Origin: Planctomycetota bacterium
GTDB lineage: Bacteria > Planctomycetota > PLA2 > JAEUHO01
Direction: 5' to 3'
Length of the DNA: 64,000 nucleotides
Assembly (NCBI GenBank): GCA_965223505.1
Contig: CBDCWP010000024.1
Span: 32,001 to 96,000, forward strand
Part shown: piece after piece, positions 1 through 9,854 of the stretch
Position numbering within the stretch: position 1 is the first letter of the stretch
Layout: every line of letters begins with the position of its first letter
Made by a program: the position numbers and the translations under genes
The notes under the pieces: generated by a model
Database searches by the model: none
Told to the model about the DNA's origin: nothing
Seen by the model: only the letters and a program-made list of their open reading frames with translations

Positions 1-377
1 GCCGGCGCGTCACGGCCCTTGGACAACCGCGCGTCGCCGGCGTACGCGGCGTAGTAGCCCACCATCAGGACGAGCAGGGACAGCAGCCACGGCCAGGCCA
101 TGTAGATGGACGAGCTGTAGAAGCGCTCCCCGTGCACGAGCTGCAGGAACAGCAGCGGCGCGACGCCGAGCGTCACCGTGATGGAGAACACGGGCGGAAT
201 CGCCGCGGCCATGCGCCGTTGGATCGTGACCTGGGACGGCTTCGTGGTCGCCAGATGGAACGCGGATCCCACGAGGACGTTCATCGCCGCCCAATGGAGA
301 AACAGCGTGAGGACGTGCAGCAAGGTGATGAGCCAGAGCGGCGAGGGCACCGGCTCCGCGGCCGCGAGGGAGTGCAT
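1..377 (-). CDS. Multi-pass membrane protein of the kind found in multiheme cytochrome/HAO clusters; truncated by window edge
   Basis: Not in the ORF track; translated by hand from ATG 377: MHSLAAAEPVPSPLWLITLLHVLTLFLHWAAMNVLVG...FSITVTLGVAPLLFLQLVHGERFYSSSIYMAWPWLL. Hydrophobic, with His in TM segments; directly downstream of the HAO-like gene. Confidence 0.75.
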   Translation of the reverse strand, partial: MHSLAAAEPVPSPLWLITLLHVLTLFLHWAAMNVLVGSAFHLATTKPSQVTIQRRMAAAIPPVFSITVTLGVAPLLFLQLVHGERFYSSSIYMAWPWLLSLLVLMVGYYAAYAGDARLSKGRDAP

Positions 378-416
378 GGCGGGATCCTACTCGATCCGCG
401 TACGAGCGTGAGGACG

Positions 417-1823
417 CTACCGGACGTCCTGCTTGTACTTCTTCCGGAACTTCTCCTGGATGCGCTTCATCATGTCGGCCGGGAGGCCGCCGCTGCGCCA
501 TTTGTGCTCAGGCCGCTCGAGGATCTCCTTGACCTTCGCTTCGATCTCCTCGTCGCCTTCGGCCTCGTGATGCACCTCGTCGAGGAACTTGGTGTAGAAG
601 TTCTCGGCGACCTCGAAGAAGCCGTGCCACTGGGTGTAGTCCGGCCCCTGCATCGACGCGCCGTGGCGCGCTCGGCGCCCCTCGTGGTGCCAGAGGCGGA
701 ACCAGACGAACTCGATCTCCTCGTCGAAGGGCTGCGGTGTCAGCTTCTCCTTCTTGTAGAGCAGGTTCATGAGCGCCGCGCCCGGCTTGGCGAACTTGGT
801 GTTGTAGAGCTCCACCGCGCCGTCGAACTGCTTGTAGAAGTTCTCGTAGAAGCTGCGGATGTGGCACGACGCGCACACCTCCTGCATGTTCTGCTTCTTC
901 TTCTCCCAGTTCTCCTGGCGCTTCGAGATCGGCGGACGCAGCGTCCAGCTCAAGCGCTTGCCGGGGTCGTGCGTGATGGGCTGCGTCTTGGTCGCGCTCA
1001 TGTGGCACGTGGCGCAGGTCGGCGCCGCGTGATAGTCCACGCCCGCGACCCAGTGCGGGCTCTCGAGGTTCATCTTGTCGATGTTGGCGTAGAACGCGAT
1101 GCCGTGCTTCGACTCGTCGTAGATCTCCTTCTGCGGATGGTCCGGCCCCATGTGGCACTTGCCGCAGTTGTCGGGCATGCGCGCCATGCGCCGCGAGAAC
1201 GAGTGGCGGCTGTGGCATGCCGAGCAGGCGCCCTGGGTGCCGTCCAGGTTGAGCCGGCCGACGCCCGTGTTGGGCCACGTCATCGGATCGAAGCGCGGCG
1301 CGCCGCTGTCCCGACGCAGGACCTCGCCGTTCTCGTCCTTGAGCAGCTTGATGGTCGAACCGTGGCACTGCCAGCAGCCGTTGGCGGCCGCCATCGGCCC
1401 TTCCGCGAACTCACCGAGCACGTTGTCGAGCGAGGCCATGATCTCACCGGCGTGTGAGTGGTGGCTGGACTGGAACTCGTCGACGACCTCCTTGTGACAG
1501 CGCGCGCAGTCGGCGGGCGTGACGATCGTGGCGATCGTGTAGCCCTCGTGCCGGAACGCGTCGAGGTCGCCTTCCTCGGCCTGGTGGCACTCGATGCAGC
1601 CGACGCCCTTGATGCCGTGCGTGGAGTGCTCCCATTGCTGCACGATCACCGGCGTCTGGACGCGGTGGCAGTCCGTGCAGCCCTTGTTGTGCTCGGTGAT
1701 GACCGCCGGCGGCTCCGCCTCTTCGCGAATCGTGGCGGCTTCTCGATAGGACACGACGAGCAGCATCCCGAGGAGCAGCAATCCGAGGATCGCGATGACG
1801 ATGTTCTTCTGATTCAACGACAT
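417..1823 (-). CDS. Octaheme cytochrome c, hydroxylamine oxidoreductase (HAO) family
   Basis: 8 CxxCH motifs (CTDCH, CIECH, CARCH, CWQCH, CSACH, CGKCH, CATCH, CASCH); HAO-typical CHMGPDHPQKEIYDESKHG, APTCATCHM and HHEGRRARHG..MQGPDYTQWHG; N-terminal TM anchor. Confidence 0.92.
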   Translation of the reverse strand: MSLNQKNIVIAILGLLLLGMLLVVSYREAATIREEAEPPAVITEHNKGCTDCHRVQTPVIVQQWEHSTHGIKGVGCIECHQAEEGDLDAFRHEGYTIATIVTPADCARCHKEVVDEFQSSHHSHAGEIMASLDNVLGEFAEGPMAAANGCWQCHGSTIKLLKDENGEVLRRDSGAPRFDPMTWPNTGVGRLNLDGTQGACSACHSRHSFSRRMARMPDNCGKCHMGPDHPQKEIYDESKHGIAFYANIDKMNLESPHWVAGVDYHAAPTCATCHMSATKTQPITHDPGKRLSWTLRPPISKRQENWEKKKQNMQEVCASCHIRSFYENFYKQFDGAVELYNTKFAKPGAALMNLLYKKEKLTPQPFDEEIEFVWFRLWHHEGRRARHGASMQGPDYTQWHGFFEVAENFYTKFLDEVHHEAEGDEEIEAKVKEILERPEHKWRSGGLPADMMKRIQEKFRKKYKQDVR

Positions 1824-1845
1824 GCGGACTGTCTCCGAGCAGGCG

Positions 1846-2907
1846 TCAGGAGAACGCCTCCCAAACTGTGAGCCAGACGAGAATGACGACCACCGCGCAG
1901 CCGATCCACACGGAGATCTCGGACGACGGGTTCTTCTTGCGAATGCGCCCGTCGATGAACGGCCAGACGGCGACCAGGAAGCCGAACAGGCCGAGGGTGA
2001 TCATGGCGGCCGTGAGGCCCATGAGCTTGAGCGTGCGGAACGTGAAGAAGAGGTACCACTCGGGCTTCACGTGCGCAGGCGTCGTCGTCGGGTCGGCCGC
2101 CTCGCGCAGCGGCGCGGGCACGAGCAACGCGAGAGCGCAGAGCAGAATCGTGACGACCATCGCGATGATCAGCTCGGTCTTCACGTGGCTCGGGAAGAAC
2201 GGATATGTCTTGCTCGGCACGCCCGTGTCCCAGCGGCGCACGTCCGCGACGCCGTGCAGTCGAATGAGCGCGAGGTGCGCGATGAGGAGCAGGAACATCA
2301 GCGTCGGCAGCACGCCGATGTGGAAGACGAAGAGGCGCGAGATGGTCGCGTCGCCGTTCTCGGGCCCCCCCAGCACCAGCTCGCGCAACCCCTCGCCGAC
2401 GACCGGCGCCTGCGACATGAGCTCGCCGGCGACGTTGACGCCCCAGAACGTGTTCTGATCGCGGATCAGCGAGTAGCCCGTGAAGCCCATCATCATCGTG
2501 ATGAAGAGCAGGCCGCAGCCGATGATCCACGAGAGCTCCCGCGGCTTGCGATACGCGCCGGTCACGAAGACGCGCACCATGTGCATCAGCACCGTGAGGA
2601 TCATCAGGTGGGCGGCCCAGTGATGCAGCGACCGCAGCCACCAGCCGTAGGGCACGTCGTTCGTAATGCGCGCCACGCTCTCGTAGGCCTGCGCCGAGTC
2701 GGCCCGGTAGTGGAACGTGAGCATGATCCCGGTGATGACCTGCACGAGCAGCAAGAACAGCGGCGTACCACCGAGGCAGTACCAATAGCTGTGTAGGTGG
2801 TCCGGAATCGCTTCGTTCAGGCCCGACTTGATCTTGGTCGGGTCGACGGGAATGCGCGATCGGAAGAAGCCCTTCACGCCCTTGGTTTCCGGGGTCTCGC
2901 TGCTCAC
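1846..2907 (-). CDS. petB: Cytochrome b of a Rieske/cytochrome b complex (b6 + subunit IV fused)
   Basis: GWWLRSLHHWAAH, HMVRVFVTGAYRKPREL, GFTGYSL, TISRLFVFH and the PEWY Qo motif. Confidence 0.93.
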   Translation of the reverse strand: MSSETPETKGVKGFFRSRIPVDPTKIKSGLNEAIPDHLHSYWYCLGGTPLFLLLVQVITGIMLTFHYRADSAQAYESVARITNDVPYGWWLRSLHHWAAHLMILTVLMHMVRVFVTGAYRKPRELSWIIGCGLLFITMMMGFTGYSLIRDQNTFWGVNVAGELMSQAPVVGEGLRELVLGGPENGDATISRLFVFHIGVLPTLMFLLLIAHLALIRLHGVADVRRWDTGVPSKTYPFFPSHVKTELIIAMVVTILLCALALLVPAPLREAADPTTTPAHVKPEWYLFFTFRTLKLMGLTAAMITLGLFGFLVAVWPFIDGRIRKKNPSSEISVWIGCAVVVILVWLTVWEAFS

Positions 2908-3404
2908 GAGACACGCTCCGTCCAGCGGACGTAGAGCGCGCCCTCGCGCAGCACGAGATCGACCCGGGTGAGGGACTGGCCGGCGTCGGCTGGGGGTCCC
3001 GAGAACGCCTTGCCGTCGGGTCCGAACAGGCCTTCATGGCAGGGACAGCGGAAGTAGCCGTCCTTCTTGCGCTCGTCGGTCTCGCCCTCCTTCGCGGCCT
3101 CCCACGAAACGCGGCAGGCCAGGTGCGGACAGACGTTCGAGAAGCCGGCGTACTCTTCGCCCAGCTTCTTCACCTGGACCCTCCGCTTGTCCGGCAGGAC
3201 GACCTCGAGCGTGCCGCCGTCCGGCACCTGGCTGGTGAACGCGAGGAAGGTCTCCCGCTCGCGCACGCGCTCTTCCGGCACGATGTACGCGGCGATGTGA
3301 TGGACCCCGGCGGCGGCGCCGGCACCGATGGCGCCGACAGCCAGCCCGGTCCCGATGACGTCTCGGCGCGTCTTGCCCTCGTCGCCCGCTCTATCGTCCG
3401 GCAA
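2904..3404 (-). CDS. Rieske [2Fe-2S] protein
   Basis: CPHLAC and CPCHEGLF boxes, GPP; Tat-like TRRDVI plus TM helix. Start placed at TTG 3404 after a GGAGGGG SD (ORF track extends to 3488). Confidence 0.9.
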   Translation of the reverse strand: MPDDRAGDEGKTRRDVIGTGLAVGAIGAGAAAGVHHIAAYIVPEERVRERETFLAFTSQVPDGGTLEVVLPDKRRVQVKKLGEEYAGFSNVCPHLACRVSWEAAKEGETDERKKDGYFRCPCHEGLFGPDGKAFSGPPADAGQSLTRVDLVLREGALYVRWTERVS

Positions 3405-3786
3405 AGGATGCCCCTCCGCTTCCAAGCCTCGAACCTTCTGCCAATGCCGTGCCGCACAAGCTATGCACCCGCGACCGTGAAAACTCAAACGCTATGTCGT
3501 GAACGGGCGCGTTTCCCGGTCGGCGCGTCCGCATCCTGCGGACGGTTCCCCACCGGGTGCGCGACTCCCCTCCCCCCCCCGCTGTGGGCGAGCGGGCGGC
3601 TGAAGGCGCGGCGCACGCCCCAGCCGTCGGGACGCGCCGGCCCCCGCGACCCGCGTGGCGGAACCGCCTACCTTCGCACTTACGCTCGGCCGTTTGAGCC
3701 CCAGGAAGGGTGCGGGATCAGCCGACCAATGAGAGGATCGTCGCCCGCCCGGCGGGCGCCGGGCCGCCCCGAATCGGAGACTCCCC

Positions 3787-4632
3787 ATGGCGCCTCGCAC
3801 CAGTTGGAAAGGACACGTGCAGCTGGGCCTGGTCTCGGTGCCCGTGAAGGCGTTCACGGCGAACAACACGAGCGAGACCATCCGGCTCAATCAGCTGCAC
3901 AAAGAGTGCAACCAGCGCGTGCGCTACAAGAAGGTCTGTCCGGAGCACGGCGAGCTCAAGCAGTCGGACATCGTCAGCGGGTATGAGTACACCAAGGACA
4001 GCTACGTCATCATCGATCCGGACGAGTTGGCCAAGATTCGCAGCCAGTCCGACCGCTCCATCAGCGTCGAAGGTTTCGTGAAGTCGGAGGAGGTCGATCC
4101 GATCTTCCACGCCGGCAAGACATATTACCTGCTGCCCGACGGCGTGGCCGGCAACCGCCCCTACGCGCTTCTGGCGCGCGGCATGTCCGAAGCGGGCGTG
4201 AACGCGATCGCGCGGATCGTCATCTCTCGCCGCGGGCAGCTCGTGCTGCTGCGTCCGTCCGACGGCATGCTCGTCATGACGATGCTCAACTACGCGAAGA
4301 CGGTGAAGGCGGCCGACGAGTTCAAGAAGGAGCTCTCGGCGGAAGAGACCACCGACGACGAGATGGCGTTGACGAGCACTCTCATCAAGGCCTCCACCAT
4401 CGACGACTTCGACATCGAGAATTACGAAGACGCGTACGCCGAAAACCTCAAGAAGCTGATTCAGATGAAGCTGGACGGCGAAGAGATCGTGCAGGCGGCC
4501 GAGCCCGAGGAGCCGAAGATCGTCAACCTCATGGAGGCGCTCAAGCAGAGCGTCGCCGAGGCGCAGGCCCAGCGGAAGATGGCGCCGTCGGTCAAGGGCA
4601 AGAAGAAGAAGTCCGCCAAGAAGACCGGATAG
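3787..4632 (+). CDS. ku: Ku, NHEJ DNA end-binding protein
   Basis: WKGHVQLGLVSVPVK, RVRYKKVC, IVSGYEY, YYLLPD, IVNLMEALKQSV; basic C-terminal tail. Confidence 0.95.
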   Translation: MAPRTSWKGHVQLGLVSVPVKAFTANNTSETIRLNQLHKECNQRVRYKKVCPEHGELKQSDIVSGYEYTKDSYVIIDPDELAKIRSQSDRSISVEGFVKSEEVDPIFHAGKTYYLLPDGVAGNRPYALLARGMSEAGVNAIARIVISRRGQLVLLRPSDGMLVMTMLNYAKTVKAADEFKKELSAEETTDDEMALTSTLIKASTIDDFDIENYEDAYAENLKKLIQMKLDGEEIVQAAEPEEPKIVNLMEALKQSVAEAQAQRKMAPSVKGKKKKSAKKTG

Positions 4633-4641
4633 CGCGCGCAC

Positions 4642-5529
4642 GTGTCACCGGACACGCCCTCCCTGCCGGACTTCATCCCGCCCATGCTCGCCAAGATCGG
4701 TGAGCCGTTCGACTCCGGTGAGCACCTCTTCGAGCTCAAGTGGGACGGCTTCCGCGGGCAGGCGCTCATCGAGCACGGGGGGTACCGGCTGCTCAGCCGC
4801 CAGCGGACCCCCTTCACGCTCACCTATCCGGAGCTCGGCTTTCTGCACGCGCTCCCGTCCGGCCTGGCGCTCGACGGCGAGCTGGTGCTGCTCAAGGACG
4901 GTAGGCCGAGCTTCGAGAGCATGCTGCAAGGCGACCAGGGACCCGTGACGTACGTCGTCTTCGACGTCATGTACCGCGACTTCGACTCCCTGATGGACCG
5001 GCCGCTCTCGGAGCGACGCAAGCACCTCGTCGAGGTCGTCGAGGCGGCCGACAACCCGCGCCTGGTGCTTTCCGACGGCGTCGTCGGCGACGGTCTCGCG
5101 TTCTTCGAGCAGGTGCGCGAGCGCCGGTTCGAGGGCATGGTCGCCAAGCGGCTCGACAGCACCTACGAGTGCGGTCTGCGAACGGGCGCGTGGACGAAGA
5201 TCAAGGAGACGAAGACGATCCTCTGCGCGATTCTCGGCTACGCCGTGGACGACGCGGGCGGACTCAAGAGCCTGATCATCGCCACGAACGACGAAGAAGG
5301 CCTGCGGTGCGTAGGCAAGGTCGGCTCGGGGCTCTCGCTGGCCATGGTGGAGAAGCTGAAGTCGTTGTGCGACGCGCGGCCCGCCGAGGAGCCGCTGGTC
5401 GCGTGCGACATGGAGGGGCGCTGGGTTGCTCCGGGGCTCTACTGCAAAGTACGCTACAACGAACGCACCTCGACGGGCATGCTCCGGGCGCCCGTCTTTC
5501 GCGAGCTGATCACCGACGAATCCGAATGA
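4642..5529 (+). CDS. Stand-alone ATP-dependent DNA ligase (LigD-ligase/LigC-like)
   Basis: Motif I FELKWDGFR intact; LDGELV, VFDVM, EGMVAKRLDSTY, WTKIK; OB fold with GKVGSG and LRAPVF. Confidence 0.92.
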   Translation: MSPDTPSLPDFIPPMLAKIGEPFDSGEHLFELKWDGFRGQALIEHGGYRLLSRQRTPFTLTYPELGFLHALPSGLALDGELVLLKDGRPSFESMLQGDQGPVTYVVFDVMYRDFDSLMDRPLSERRKHLVEVVEAADNPRLVLSDGVVGDGLAFFEQVRERRFEGMVAKRLDSTYECGLRTGAWTKIKETKTILCAILGYAVDDAGGLKSLIIATNDEEGLRCVGKVGSGLSLAMVEKLKSLCDARPAEEPLVACDMEGRWVAPGLYCKVRYNERTSTGMLRAPVFRELITDESE

Positions 5530-6386
5530 GCGAAGAACCACGGCTCTTTACGACGGCCCAGCTCAGCCGCATTCTCGACGTCCCGGCGGCCATGGTTCGT
5601 TCGTGGACGCGTCAGGAGCTGATCGAGCCCGCCAAGCGCGTCGGTCGGCTGTGCTTCTACGACTTCCGACAGCTCACGAACGCGCGCGCGCTGCAACGAT
5701 TGCGTGACGCCGGGGTGCGCCCGCGCCGCATTCGCCAGGCGTTGGAGCACCTGCGCAAGTGGGCGCCGGACGCGGAAAACGCGCTCGCGCAGCTCGAGGC
5801 GCTGGAAGCGGGCGGCCCGCTCATGGTCCGCACGGACGCGGGGCGCCTCGCCGAGACATCCGGTCAAATGCGCATCGAGTTCGACGCCGAGGACGACCCC
5901 GTCCACGAGGCCCTGCCGTCCCTGCGCGCGTTGCGCGAGCCGGCGCCGTCGTGGTTCGAGCACGGCGTGATCGCCGAAGACGAGGGACGGTTGGACGAAG
6001 CGGCGAAGGCGTACGAACGGGCCATCGCACTCGAGGGTCCGGAGGCCGAGCTCTGTTTCAATCTCGGCAACGTGCTCTACGCACTCGACCGGAAGACCGA
6101 AGCCGCGGCGCGCTTCCGCGAGGCGGTCGCGCTCGAAGCCGACTACGCCGAGGCGTGGAACAACCTCGGCAACGCGTTGAGCGACGTCGGGGAGTACGAG
6201 CCGGCGCGGGCGGCGTTCGAACAGGCGATCGCGTTGGCGCCGGGCTACGCGGACCCTCATTACAACCTCGCCCAGACCCTCGCGGCGACGGACCGCGGCG
6301 ACGAGGCGCGCGCACACTGGCGCCGGTACCTGCAGCTCGATCCGAACAGCCCCTGGGCCGACGAGGCGCGGAAGCAGCTGCAATGA
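5526..6386 (+). CDS. MerR-like HTH + TPR repeat protein
   Basis: N-terminal FTTAQLSRILDV..VRSW..LIEP..FYDFRQL; C-terminal TPRs (FNLGNVL, AWNNLGNAL, HYNLA); ATGA overlap with the ligase. Confidence 0.85.
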   Translation: MSEEPRLFTTAQLSRILDVPAAMVRSWTRQELIEPAKRVGRLCFYDFRQLTNARALQRLRDAGVRPRRIRQALEHLRKWAPDAENALAQLEALEAGGPLMVRTDAGRLAETSGQMRIEFDAEDDPVHEALPSLRALREPAPSWFEHGVIAEDEGRLDEAAKAYERAIALEGPEAELCFNLGNVLYALDRKTEAAARFREAVALEADYAEAWNNLGNALSDVGEYEPARAAFEQAIALAPGYADPHYNLAQTLAATDRGDEARAHWRRYLQLDPNSPWADEARKQLQ

Positions 6387-7048
6387 AAGAGCTACGGTTC
6401 CTGGCGACCGAGAGCCGTGGTGACGTCTCCGCGCTCCTGAACCGGCCGCGCGGTGCGAAGGCGCTTTACGTCCTGGGGCACGGCGCCGGGGCGGGCATGC
6501 GCCACGCGTTCATGGAGGCGATCTCCGAGCGGCTGGCGAAACGCAGAGTCGCCACGTTTCGGTATCAGTTTCCGTACATGGAGAAGGGCAAGCGTGCGCC
6601 CGACTACCCGCCCGTGCTGATCAAGACGGTACGCTCCGCCGTCGCCGCTGCTCGCAAGGCCGTGCGCGGCCTGCCGTTGATCGCGGGCGGCAAGTCGATG
6701 GGCGGTCGCATCACGTCGATCGCCGAAGCCAAGGAGCCGCTCGGTGTCGCGGGACTCGCGTTCCTCGGGTTTCCGCTCCATCCGCCTGGCAAGCCCGGCA
6801 CGGAGCGGGCCGCGCATCTGCCGGACATCGAGGTGCCCACGCTGTTCGTACAAGGCACGCGCGACAAGCTCGCCGGGCTGGAACTGCTGCGGCCCGTGTT
6901 GACGAAGCTGCGGCAGGCGTCGATCCACGTCGTCGACGGCGGCGACCACTCGTTTCACGTGCTGAAGCGTTCGGGCCGCGACGACGAGGAGGTGCTCGAC
7001 GAGGTCGCCGACGCGGTCACGGCGTTCGTCGATCACATCGTCGGATAG
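6383..7048 (+). CDS. Alpha/beta hydrolase (KANL3/Tex30-like family)
   Basis: HGAGAGM, GGKSMGGR nucleophile elbow, GFPLHPPGK, QGTRD, GDHSF; ATGA overlap. Confidence 0.88.
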   Translation: MKELRFLATESRGDVSALLNRPRGAKALYVLGHGAGAGMRHAFMEAISERLAKRRVATFRYQFPYMEKGKRAPDYPPVLIKTVRSAVAAARKAVRGLPLIAGGKSMGGRITSIAEAKEPLGVAGLAFLGFPLHPPGKPGTERAAHLPDIEVPTLFVQGTRDKLAGLELLRPVLTKLRQASIHVVDGGDHSFHVLKRSGRDDEEVLDEVADAVTAFVDHIVG

Positions 7049-7060
7049 CGCCGTTCCTGC

Positions 7061-9796
7061 TCAGCGAGAGGCCGCGTCGTCGAGAGCGCCTCGAACGACG
7101 TAGAGGCGATCCGGCGCCGTCCCCTTCACCTCGAGCATCAGGAAACGACCGTCTTCCGACACGTCGTAGTGTTGGTGCCCGCCGGGCTCCACGTCGTAGC
7201 GATTCGTGAAGAGGTATTCGGTCTGGTCCACCCGGGGCTGATCGTCGAACGGCACGAAGTACATCGCCCCGTCCTTCTGGCGGTAATGCAGTCCGTTCTC
7301 GCGTTTCGACCAGAGCGGCTCCCCGCCACCGCCCTTCGAGATCATGATCGGGCGGTCGAGCGCCGGGTACGGCCGAACGAACACCTCCTTCACACCGTCG
7401 AACTCGTCCACGAACGCCAGCCACTTGCCGTCGGGCGAGATCTGCGGAAAGCGCGCAGTCGTGCTGTTGGGGAGGATCCGCTTGCCGCCTTCGTCGCCGA
7501 CGCGCCAGGTCCACATCGAGAGCGCGGTCCCCCCATTCTCGACCGGTACGCGCTGCGTCAGAAAGAGCGTCTTGCCGTCCGGCGCCCAGCAGTCGGCGTA
7601 CAGCATGCCGCCGCCCGGAAACTCGACCAAGGCCGTGCCGGCAACGCCCGGTTTCGTGAAGGTCCGCAGCCGGCTGCCACCGAGCGGGGTGGAGCGCACC
7701 GTCAGCTCACCGGAAGGCGTCCACGCGCTCATGAGGCTCATGCCGTCCGTCGTCACGGGGTACGGCGTCTTGTCCTCGAAGTTGCAGAGCCAGACGTCCT
7801 TCTTGCCCGTCTCGTCGAGCAGGTCGAACGCGAACCGCTCGCCGTCGGGCGACAGCCGCGCATGGCGCCAGATGCCGCCGGCCGACGCGATGGGCTCGCC
7901 GACGCCTTTGCCGTTTCGATCGACCCAGTGCGCGACGCTCTCCTTGCGCGCTTCCGCAGCGGGCGCGTACACGAGTGTCCCGTCCCGGCTCATCGCCACG
8001 TGGGAGGTGACGCTCCCGCCGGGGCTCGGGGTCTCGTAGATGCCGTCGCGAACGTGCCGGGTTTCGCCGCCTTGCTCGATCGAGCTCGACGTGAGGCGAA
8101 GCACGTGAACGCGTCCGGCACGCAGGAACGCGACGACGCCCGCACGTACATATCGAGCGTTGGTGCCGTCGAGCTCGACCACCCGCCGCTCGAGCCCGTC
8201 CAACATCAGCAGCTCGACGTGCGCATGGGTGCCCGTCGAGACCGTGAAGATGACGTGGCTGCCGTCGGGGGAGACGGAAGGCGCGAACAGGGCGACCTGC
8301 CCGCCCTCGGACTGCGGGCCGGCCAGGAACTCGGGCGTGGCGCCCGGTCGGTGCGCCACGCGCCACAGGCCGTCGTTGTCCGCGTAGACGATGGTCTTAC
8401 CGTCCGGTACGAAGCAAGCGGAAAAGGTCTCCGAGTCCACGCGGCAGATCTCCCGCGGTGCGCCGCCGTCCACGGCGACGGTCTGGATGTGGCTGTCGGC
8501 GAAGAACCCGACCGTCGATCCGTCCGGTGAGAAGAACGGACCACGGGCATCCTCCGTCTCGGGCAGGCTCTTCGACGCGAGCTGCAAGACGTCGTGGATG
8601 TGCAGATTGCTGCGGTCACCGTGATCGACGCAGTACGCGACGAGTCGCCCGTCGGGCGAGACGTCGAGGAACGGAGAACCGCGGCCGAGGCGACTCAGGT
8701 CGACCGACGTGCCCTTCCAACCCAGCTTCGAGCCGGGCGGCAAGGCGAGCGCCCACTCCTTCAAGGCGGCGCGCTCGCGTTGTTCGGCGGTCGGCGCCAT
8801 GAGCGAATGGAGGAAGGCGCCGGCCAGGAGCGCCGCGACGACCGCCAGCGCGAAGAAGTACACCAAACGGACCTTGCGCGCGGCCGGCGCGGGACTCGCT
8901 TGCGGTAGCGGTGGGAACGCGGCCATGGAGGACGCGAGCCCGTACGAACCGAACAGGGTCCCGGCGGTTCCTTCGAGCAACAGCTTGATGTCGCCGAAGC
9001 CGCTGAGGCGCTGGTTCTTGTCTTTGGCCAGGCAGCGGCCGAGCAGCACGCGCACGACCGGCGGTGTGCTGGGCGGAAGCACGGTGAAGTCGGGATTCGA
9101 CTCGAGCATGGAGCGCAGCCGCTCCCCCGGCGACGCGCCGCCGAACGCGAGCTTGCCGGTGAGGCACTCGTACACGATGCAGCCGAACGACCAGACGTCG
9201 GCGCGGCGACCGGCGGGCTCGCCGCGCGCTTGTTCCGGGCTCAAGTAGCCGGGCGTTCCCAGGATCTGGTAGCCGGTGGTGAGCGCCTCGCCCCCGTCGG
9301 TCGCAGCCGCCGTCGGCTCGTTGCGCCGAGCGAGGCCGAAGTCGAGCACTTTCGTCGTGCCGTCCGAACGCACGATGACGTTCGCCGGCTTGAGGTCCCG
9401 GTGAACGATGCCGGCCTCATGCGCCGCCTCCAGTCCCTCGGCGATCTGCCTCGCGATCGCGATCGCTTCGTCGACGGGCAGCGCGCCGCGCGCGAGCCGC
9501 TGTTGCAGGCTCTCCCCTTCGACCAGCTCCAGCGTCAGGAAGTGGATGCCGTCCACCTCGTCCACGCCGTGAATCATGGCGATGTTCGGGTGATTCAGCT
9601 TCGCGAGGAGCTTGGCCTCGCGCTCGAAACGGGCGAGCGCTTCGGGATGCTCGACGAGCGCGTCGGGCAGGACCTTGAGGGCGACCTCCCGATCGAGCCG
9701 GGTGTCGCGCGCGCGATAGACCTCCCCCATCCCGCCGGCGCCGATCGGACCGATCACCTCGTAGAAGGACAGGCGCTGGCCTTCGCTCAGGGACAC
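7061..9796 (-). CDS. Ser/Thr protein kinase with TM helix and TolB-like beta-propeller
   Basis: GAGGMGEVY, VALKVL, HRDLKPAN, DFG, GTPGYLSPEQ; C-terminal SPDG repeats; start placed at GTG 9796. Confidence 0.92.
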   Translation of the reverse strand: MSLSEGQRLSFYEVIGPIGAGGMGEVYRARDTRLDREVALKVLPDALVEHPEALARFEREAKLLAKLNHPNIAMIHGVDEVDGIHFLTLELVEGESLQQRLARGALPVDEAIAIARQIAEGLEAAHEAGIVHRDLKPANVIVRSDGTTKVLDFGLARRNEPTAAATDGGEALTTGYQILGTPGYLSPEQARGEPAGRRADVWSFGCIVYECLTGKLAFGGASPGERLRSMLESNPDFTVLPPSTPPVVRVLLGRCLAKDKNQRLSGFGDIKLLLEGTAGTLFGSYGLASSMAAFPPLPQASPAPAARKVRLVYFFALAVVAALLAGAFLHSLMAPTAEQRERAALKEWALALPPGSKLGWKGTSVDLSRLGRGSPFLDVSPDGRLVAYCVDHGDRSNLHIHDVLQLASKSLPETEDARGPFFSPDGSTVGFFADSHIQTVAVDGGAPREICRVDSETFSACFVPDGKTIVYADNDGLWRVAHRPGATPEFLAGPQSEGGQVALFAPSVSPDGSHVIFTVSTGTHAHVELLMLDGLERRVVELDGTNARYVRAGVVAFLRAGRVHVLRLTSSSIEQGGETRHVRDGIYETPSPGGSVTSHVAMSRDGTLVYAPAAEARKESVAHWVDRNGKGVGEPIASAGGIWRHARLSPDGERFAFDLLDETGKKDVWLCNFEDKTPYPVTTDGMSLMSAWTPSGELTVRSTPLGGSRLRTFTKPGVAGTALVEFPGGGMLYADCWAPDGKTLFLTQRVPVENGGTALSMWTWRVGDEGGKRILPNSTTARFPQISPDGKWLAFVDEFDGVKEVFVRPYPALDRPIMISKGGGGEPLWSKRENGLHYRQKDGAMYFVPFDDQPRVDQTEYLFTNRYDVEPGGHQHYDVSEDGRFLMLEVKGTAPDRLYVVRGALDDAASR

Positions 9797-9854
9797 GCAC
9801 AAACGATAGCGGAACCGCGGCGCCGAGGGGAGTCGCCGACCCGTTCGGCCGTGG

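Noticed and set aside
417..1823. Reading the HAO-like gene as evidence for anammox or ammonia oxidation
   Set aside because: No hzs/amo genes in the window; HAO-family octahemes are widespread and this one resembles reductive types.
3405..3786. GC-rich divergent spacer with a poly-C run and GGAAC upstream of ku
   Set aside because: GGAAC-to-CGTT spacing does not fit an ECF promoter; no recognisable RNA family; ORF 3492..3890 looks spurious.
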